64,000 bases of DNA from an uncultured Alphaproteobacteria bacterium (lineage in GTDB: Bacteria > Pseudomonadota > Alphaproteobacteria > Rickettsiales > JALZUV01), in NCBI GenBank assembly GCA_963837025.1, contig CAWILT010000001.1, positions 745,572-809,571 on the forward strand, written 5' to 3'. Within the stretch, counting starts at the first letter, position 1. Each line of letters starts with the position of its first letter. The translations under genes and the position numbers were made by a program. Below are positions 58,094-64,000 of the stretch, one piece after another. Under the pieces are notes generated by a model, which saw only the letters and a list, made by a program, of their open reading frames with translations, was not told the origin of the DNA and did no database searches.

Positions 58094-60343
58094 GTGGAGA
58101 ACCCTACAAAAATTGCTGCAAAGCCAAACCTGTTGAAAAACTCGCTCAATGCGGTGCATAAAGCTTATCCCATCAACGCGGAGCCTCCACAAGATTATTC
58201 AAACTCAACTTTTGGGGTGCCCGATGCGCCCGGAACCACCAATACGCCTGGCGACTGGGCGGTAACCGATGATAGCTGGTTGGTTAAAAAACAGCATTGG
58301 ACCGATACCCCCATTGGTAAAACAGCGATTGAGTTTGTGTCGCGTATTACCCTTGGTGGATTATTTTTTAGCTTAATGGAAAATAGCGACGCAATGCGTC
58401 GCTTAGGAGGTTATGAAAAGCATAATTTTAGTGAAGAGCGCAAAGCAGGCATTAAAAACCAAGGGTTTTTAGAGAAAATCGCTTATGGAGTGGATAAAAC
58501 CATTGGTGAAGGTTTATATACCATCTTAGATAATACGGTCTTCAAAAATAAATATGCGACTAAGCCAGATGGTTCAACGCTCTTTAACAAGGAAGGCAAA
58601 GAAATTACTCGCGCGCGTGAATATTTACGCTTCCGCGAAAACCGAATCACACATGATGCACAGGATGTATCCGGGCGCAGTTTAGGTGCTGAAATGACAG
58701 TCGTCACCGCATCATTCGCCGCGATGAGTGCAGGCTCAGCCATTATGCGTAATACGCTGGCAGGTATTTTTAATCCTAAAGAGCGCGCATCATGGGCCAA
58801 AAACGGCGAGTTTGATGCCATGCATATTGTCAAAAAATTAGCAGGCAAAGTGTGGAAAATTGGTACCTATAATGCCGGTGAAGATATGGCCGTAGCATTA
58901 CCTTATGTTTTCTTCATGCGCGGACAGCGAAACTTACTTGATAAGGTATTTAAGGGCTTTAAATATTCGTCTGACGGTGTTGATAATGGTAGCGGTATTC
59001 TTTTAAATGATGATGGAAAAGTTAGTGGCCACACATTAATTCCGGGTGCACTTGATTTGCAAGGTCGCTTCACCGTCTATAACGTATTTACCCAGCTCTA
59101 CCGTGATATTTATGATAATGTTGGCGATAGCGTTTCGCAATGGTGGAAAGGTAGTAAACAAATTAGCGCACCTACGTGGATGAAAAATCCAACTGAAATT
59201 CCCGGTGCACTGTTGAACGGAACCCGTAACATCGTAAAATATACCACCATCAGCACCATTCGCTCCATTATTCAAATGACGCCATCTGTGCCGTTTTTCT
59301 CTATCTTTCGTATTCCAGGCAGTAAAGTAAATGGCATGGCCGTACATGCTGAAGACGGTCCATTACATTTTGTTGTTAAAGATGATAATACAGGCGAACT
59401 CAAATTAGGTGCGCATGTTCGTGTCAATTCGAAGGGTGTTTATTACGGTAGCGAATTTAAAAATGATACCGTTTTAAATGGCTCAGAAGCCCCGCCAATG
59501 GCTTATTCTGACAATAAAGGTGGCTTCAAATGGTTTAACAATGATAAGTTGATCGCTAGTGGCGACGTGCCGGCTAATAAACGAGTTAGCCATGCAGCAC
59601 CCTTCCAAAACCACATTGATGGCGCTACATTTGACCCTCATGGTTTTAGTAAAGAAAACCGTGCATTAAGCAATTCCATCGCTATGCAAATTACCGATTC
59701 GATTGGCCGCAATATGCATAGCTTTGCTGAAAGCGATGTGTTCTCAAAAGCGTTCAATCCACTTCTAAAGGTGGCCGATAAATTGGGTTACAAGAGCAAC
59801 CAAGGCGCTGGTGAGAATGCTGACTTTGTGCGCAAACGCTTAGCAAAAGATTCCATCATGGCCGGTATACCTTATGCATCTTATTTCGCAGCCAAGGTTA
59901 TGACACGTGAATCCTATGTTAATGAGCAAATGAACCTATCGGTTGAACGTTTAGTGGACGGTATTTTAAGCTTTAATCGCAAAGAGGTGGCCGCTGGTTT
60001 AAGCGAAATTTCGCAAACGGTTTTCCGTCAGCCATTTCAAACGCCCAAACGCCAAGCAGCACTTATTGAAAATCACCTTGAGAACCCATCGGATCAATCA
60101 CCCCGCCCGATTGATTGGACGCCACAAATGCATAGCGAAACTTTAATGAAACGTGCAAACGGCACGCCTGTTGATAGACAAGATTTAATGGATAAAATGA
60201 ATAAAGGCCGCTTAGAATATTATTCTAATTCAGCACGCAAACCTATTGCTTCTAATAAAGACACCCATCAAACATTAGCCGAAAAATGGGCACGCAAACC
60301 CACCGAAGCTGAAAATGCAGAGGTATCGCCATCAATTCTGTAA
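58094..60343 (+). CDS. large hypothetical membrane-associated protein (orphan)
   Basis: A 749-aa uninterrupted ORF with a GTG start in the track. It has no signal peptide and several hydrophobic segments (ITLGGLFFSLM, VVTASFAAMSAGSAIM, MAVALPYVFFM, PSVPFFSIF, MAGIPYASYFAA). I recognise no family motifs. Confidence 0.5.
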   Translation: MENPTKIAAKPNLLKNSLNAVHKAYPINAEPPQDYSNSTFGVPDAPGTTNTPGDWAVTDDSWLVKKQHWTDTPIGKTAIEFVSRITLGGLFFSLMENSDAMRRLGGYEKHNFSEERKAGIKNQGFLEKIAYGVDKTIGEGLYTILDNTVFKNKYATKPDGSTLFNKEGKEITRAREYLRFRENRITHDAQDVSGRSLGAEMTVVTASFAAMSAGSAIMRNTLAGIFNPKERASWAKNGEFDAMHIVKKLAGKVWKIGTYNAGEDMAVALPYVFFMRGQRNLLDKVFKGFKYSSDGVDNGSGILLNDDGKVSGHTLIPGALDLQGRFTVYNVFTQLYRDIYDNVGDSVSQWWKGSKQISAPTWMKNPTEIPGALLNGTRNIVKYTTISTIRSIIQMTPSVPFFSIFRIPGSKVNGMAVHAEDGPLHFVVKDDNTGELKLGAHVRVNSKGVYYGSEFKNDTVLNGSEAPPMAYSDNKGGFKWFNNDKLIASGDVPANKRVSHAAPFQNHIDGATFDPHGFSKENRALSNSIAMQITDSIGRNMHSFAESDVFSKAFNPLLKVADKLGYKSNQGAGENADFVRKRLAKDSIMAGIPYASYFAAKVMTRESYVNEQMNLSVERLVDGILSFNRKEVAAGLSEISQTVFRQPFQTPKRQAALIENHLENPSDQSPRPIDWTPQMHSETLMKRANGTPVDRQDLMDKMNKGRLEYYSNSARKPIASNKDTHQTLAEKWARKPTEAENAEVSPSIL

Positions 60344-60398
60344 GGGATTGTCACAAAATCATAACAATCAAATAGCTTTAAGTTTGCTAAAATAACGT

Positions 60399-61196
60399 AT
60401 GGGAATTGGAAAAACAGTTGGCACCGTAGCAGGCATTGGCGCAGGTGTAGCTACCGTTGGCGCAGGTGCTCCGGTTATTGTGAGCGCTGTTGGTGCAGGT
60501 GCGGTAGGTTTAGGTATTAGCGAGCTTACAATGGTAAGCGGTAGCTATGCAGCCGTTGGCGCAACTACCACCATAGGTTCCGCATTAACCAGTTTAAACG
60601 CTTTTGTAGTTGGGCTTGTACCACAATTAGCGGGTGCTGGAACAGCATTAACCGGTTTAATTGCAGGAAACGGAGCACTTACAGGATTTTTAACAGGAAT
60701 GAGTGTAACAGTTGGCGCTGCACCCATTGTAGGTGCTGTAATGCTAACCGTTGGGGTTGTGGCAGCAGGGTTTTTAGTTAAAAATATAGTGCAAAGCATC
60801 GGCAAATCAGCCGAACGCAAAGTCAATGATGTCAAACAAGATATTCAAATCGAAAATGCGAATGAGCGCCAAGAGCAGTTAGCTCAGCGCCGTCAGCAGT
60901 TGCGCGATAATGCGATAAAGCGCGAACAACAAATAGCCGAAAACCGCATTAAAGCCGAGCAGCAAAAAGAAAAACATTACGATACACTCGCCAGCAATTA
61001 CGAAAATTTAAGCGATCAAAAACAACGCGCACAGCAAGCGGCTGAAAATGCAGAATATCTTAAACATAAGGCACTCTCTACGCCTGCTTCCCCTCCCCCC
61101 TCGCGCGACCGCGCCGATACGCAGACATTCTCTGAAAATGAATTAGAGCGTCGTCAAAAGGCAGCTGAATTTATGTCGCACGTTCCGATCATCTAG
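60399..61196 (+). CDS. hypothetical protein: a Gly/Ala/Val-rich hydrophobic N-terminal half plus a Gln/Glu/Arg-rich coiled-coil-like C-terminal half (orphan)
   Basis: 265 aa. Residues ~1-130 are almost entirely G, A, V, T, L and I with GxxxG/A spacing. Residues ~140-230 are QQLAQRRQQLRDNAIKREQQIAENRIKAEQQKE. Confidence 0.5.
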   Translation: MGIGKTVGTVAGIGAGVATVGAGAPVIVSAVGAGAVGLGISELTMVSGSYAAVGATTTIGSALTSLNAFVVGLVPQLAGAGTALTGLIAGNGALTGFLTGMSVTVGAAPIVGAVMLTVGVVAAGFLVKNIVQSIGKSAERKVNDVKQDIQIENANERQEQLAQRRQQLRDNAIKREQQIAENRIKAEQQKEKHYDTLASNYENLSDQKQRAQQAAENAEYLKHKALSTPASPPPSRDRADTQTFSENELERRQKAAEFMSHVPII

Positions 61197-61259
61197 TTTT
61201 CAGCTTATCCCGCATATTCGACATTGATTTTAAGGCGCGCTCATTCTAGTTTCGCGCCC

Positions 61260-63457
61260 ATGACAGCGACACAGAAAAAAACTTCCGCCCTGCTTGAACA
61301 AGCCATGCAATTTGGTTTGAGTGAAGATGAATTTAATAAAGTGCTTAGCATTATGGGGCGCGAGCCTAATTTAACTGAACTGGGTATTTTCTCCGTTATG
61401 TGGTCGGAGCATTGCTCTTATAAAACCACGCGTAAGCATTTGGGAACGCTGCCTACCAAAGCACCGCATGTTATTTGTGGCCCTGGCGAAAATGCGGGCA
61501 TCATTGATATTGGCGATAATGATGCGATTATTTTCAAGATGGAATCGCATAATCATCCTTCCTACATTGAACCCTATCAAGGCGCTGCCACAGGTGTAGG
61601 TGGCATTTTGCGCGATGTATTCACCATGGGCGCTCGCCCAATTGCATTGATGAATGCTTTGCGTTTCGGCTCTCCCGAACATGCAAAAACGCGCCACTTA
61701 GTTAATGGCGTAGTAGCGGGCATTGCAGGTTACGGCAATTGTGTGGGCGTGCCCACCGTTGGCGGCGAAACGCAATTTCACAAAAGCTATGATGGTAATA
61801 TTTTGGTGAATGCAATGGCCGTGGGCTTAGCGCGTGCGGATAACATATTTTATTCAGCAGCGGCAGGCATCGGCAATCCTGTGGTTTATGTGGGTTCAAA
61901 AACAGGGCGCGATGGCATCCATGGTGCTACCATGGCCTCCGCCGAATTTGATGATAATTCAGCCGAAAACCGTCCTACGGTTCAAGTGGGCGACCCGTTC
62001 ACGGAAAAACTGCTTATTGAAGCCTGCTTGGAGCTAATGCAGGAAGATGCCATCATTGCTATTCAAGATATGGGTGCCGCTGGGCTCACCTCATCATCAC
62101 TTGAAATGGCCGATAAAGGCGGCTGTGGCATTGAGCTTGAACTTGATAAAGTACCCATGCGCGAAGATGGCATGACACCCTATGATTTAATGCTTTCAGA
62201 AAGCCAAGAGCGCATGTTGATGGTGTTGAAACCTGAAAAAGCCCACATTGCTGAGCGCATATTTAAAAAATGGGAACTGGACATCGCAACCATCGGAACG
62301 CTAACCGATACCGGCCGCCTAGTGCTTAAATGGCATGGCGAAGTGGCGGCGGACATTCCCGTTTCACCCTTAGCTGATGAAGCGCCAATATATGATCGCC
62401 CGCATACACCAACGCCTAAGCAGCAACCTATTTTGAAACCAAAGAAACCTCGCTTGAGGAATCACTTAAGACGCTTCTCACATCGCCCGACATTGCAAGC
62501 AAACGCTGGATTTACGAGCAATATGATCACATGGTTATGAATGACACCATCGCCCGCCCCGGCGGCGATGCCGCCGTGGTGCGTATCCATAACAGCACCA
62601 AAGCCGTTGCTATCACTACCGATTGCACCCCACGCTATTGCTATGCAGACCCAGTTGAAGGCGGCAAGCAAGCGGTGGCCGAAACGTGGCGCAACCTTAT
62701 CTGCGTTGGCGCAAAACCAATGGCTATTACCAACTGCCTCAATTTTGGCAACCCGCAACGCCCTGAAATTATGGGGCAACTTGTAGGCGCTATTGATGGC
62801 ATTCGCCAAGCATGCCTGCGGCTTGATTATCCAGTCGTTTCGGGCAATGTGTCGCTTTATAATGAAACAAATGGTAAAGGCATTCACCCTACTCCTGCTA
62901 TTGGTGGCGTCGGTTTAATTGCCCATCTCGATTCGGCCATCGGCTCGCAAATTGAAGCTGAAGGCTTAACACTATTCATGGTTGGTAAAACAGAAGGTCA
63001 TCTAGGCGCATCGCTTTATTTAAGCGAAATTGAAGGCCGCGAAGAAGGCGCACCACCGCCCGTTGATTTAAATGCTGAGTTTGATAACGGAACGTTTATT
63101 CGCAAACTTATCAAACAAGGCCGCATTAAAGCATGCCACGATATTTCAGATGGTGGACTACTTGTGAGCCTTGCAGAAATGACCTTTAAACACGGCATCG
63201 GCCTATCCATCACATTACCTTCTGAGGGGCAAAATGTAGCTTATTGCTTTGGTGAAGATCAAGCACGCTACCTTATCGCCATCGCGCCTGAGCATATTCA
63301 AGCAATCTGCAATGCCGCCAAAGAACAGGAAATTCCACTAACCGAACTCGGCATCAGCACCGGCAATGAATTTTCAGTCGAAGGCCATTTCACCCTAAAA
63401 ACCGCCGACTTAAAACACCAAAACGAAGCATGGATGCCCGAATTTATGGCGAGCTAA
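61260..63457 (+). pseudogene. purL: phosphoribosylformylglycinamidine synthase subunit PurL, split by a single-base frameshift at about 62420-62445 (or a sequence error)
   Basis: Track ORFs 61224..62540 and 62531..63457 are the N- and C-terminal halves. Frame 0 reads ...[26 protein letters not shown], then nonsense to a stop at 62540. The expected continuation [35 protein letters not shown] is open in the other frame from 62420. SEHCSYK and GDPF motifs are present. Confidence 0.85.
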
Positions 63458-63478
63458 ATTTCCTAGAATCTTTGCAAT

Positions 63479-63991
63479 CTATTTAGAAATAATTCTACGC
63501 TCACGCCTTCTGATTAACCATGCGACGAATAGTGCGGCGGCGAGTTTGCTGGCTATGCTGGCGAGAATTGAGGTGAGGGTTAGCACACCGGGCACTACCA
63601 TATTAGCACCCACTAAATAAAGCGTGGTATCTACTGGCGCGGCGATGAGGCTGGAAAGCATAATGCGAGATGATAATGGGCGCTTGGTGATGGTAAATAC
63701 CAGCCAATCAATCAGCTCACTCACCATGAAAGCAACCATACTAGCCACGGCAATTTCCAAAGGTGCTAAAAAATACGATAGCCCTGCGCCAATGAACAAT
63801 AATATCAAAACCTTATGGCCAATTTCGCGCTGGGCTAAATCGCGCAATACCAGCACTAATCCGGGCAATATTGCAAAGGGTGTCCAACTGCCGCCATCGG
63901 GCAAGCTCCATACAGGCGCCCAACTAAAAGCCCAATTTAAAAGTGGGATGAGTAATAAATAAGCGGCTGAAAAGAAATATCTGCGAATCAT
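63479..63991 (-). CDS. VUT-family (DUF165, YhhQ-like) membrane protein; tentative
   Basis: 170 aa with ~5 TM. The general pattern (LVLRDL..E, SELIDW.VF, PVDT.LY) is reminiscent of DUF165 transporters. Confidence 0.45.
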   Translation of the reverse strand: MIRRYFFSAAYLLLIPLLNWAFSWAPVWSLPDGGSWTPFAILPGLVLVLRDLAQREIGHKVLILLFIGAGLSYFLAPLEIAVASMVAFMVSELIDWLVFTITKRPLSSRIMLSSLIAAPVDTTLYLVGANMVVPGVLTLTSILASIASKLAAALFVAWLIRRRERRIISK

Positions 63992-64000
63992 GCAGCATTA

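Overview
This is a chromosomal window that looks alphaproteobacterial. The evidence is a set of synteny blocks: tpiA-secG-pyrG, ppiD-like-trpEGDC, argS-SPOR-nagZ, dgt/erpA/xthA, lepB-rnc-era, rpsB-tsf, a DUF1674 mini-protein and a GTA-type tail protein. Moderate-to-low G+C and many lineage-specific orphan genes hint at a host-associated lineage, but that is only a guess.

About 60 protein genes and one tRNA are supportable. I saw no rRNA, no CRISPR array and no recognisable classical defence genes.

Positions 1-34.6 kb and 48.1-64 kb are a dense housekeeping backbone. Positions 34.7-48.1 kb form a mosaic accessory region that starts immediately after tRNA-Ser(GCU). It contains four parts:

- A ~4 kb islet holds a repeat-dense non-coding arm, a large serine recombinase, a recombinase-tail-like fragment, a double-HTH protein and a membrane-anchored DUF2235 (Tle1-like) serine hydrolase.
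- A Fur-box-preceded TonB-dependent receptor-tonB operon follows. Its exbB is cut off exactly at the islet junction and exbD is absent.
- A very AT-rich four-gene glycan cassette encodes an aminotransferase, an acetyltransferase, a GT2 and a pyruvyl transferase.
- An eptA-dgkA lipid A modification pair follows, with both genes frameshifted.

purL is also split by a single-base frameshift. That makes three 1-nt indels in 17 kb, so homopolymer sequencing error must be excluded before calling gene decay.

The best candidates for something undescribed are the HTH + TM-anchored DUF2235 cargo pair with its flanking repeat arm, and the orphan gene pair at 58.1-61.2 kb. Neither has a function I can assign from sequence. 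All family assignments come from reading the translations by eye against remembered family motifs; no searches were run.
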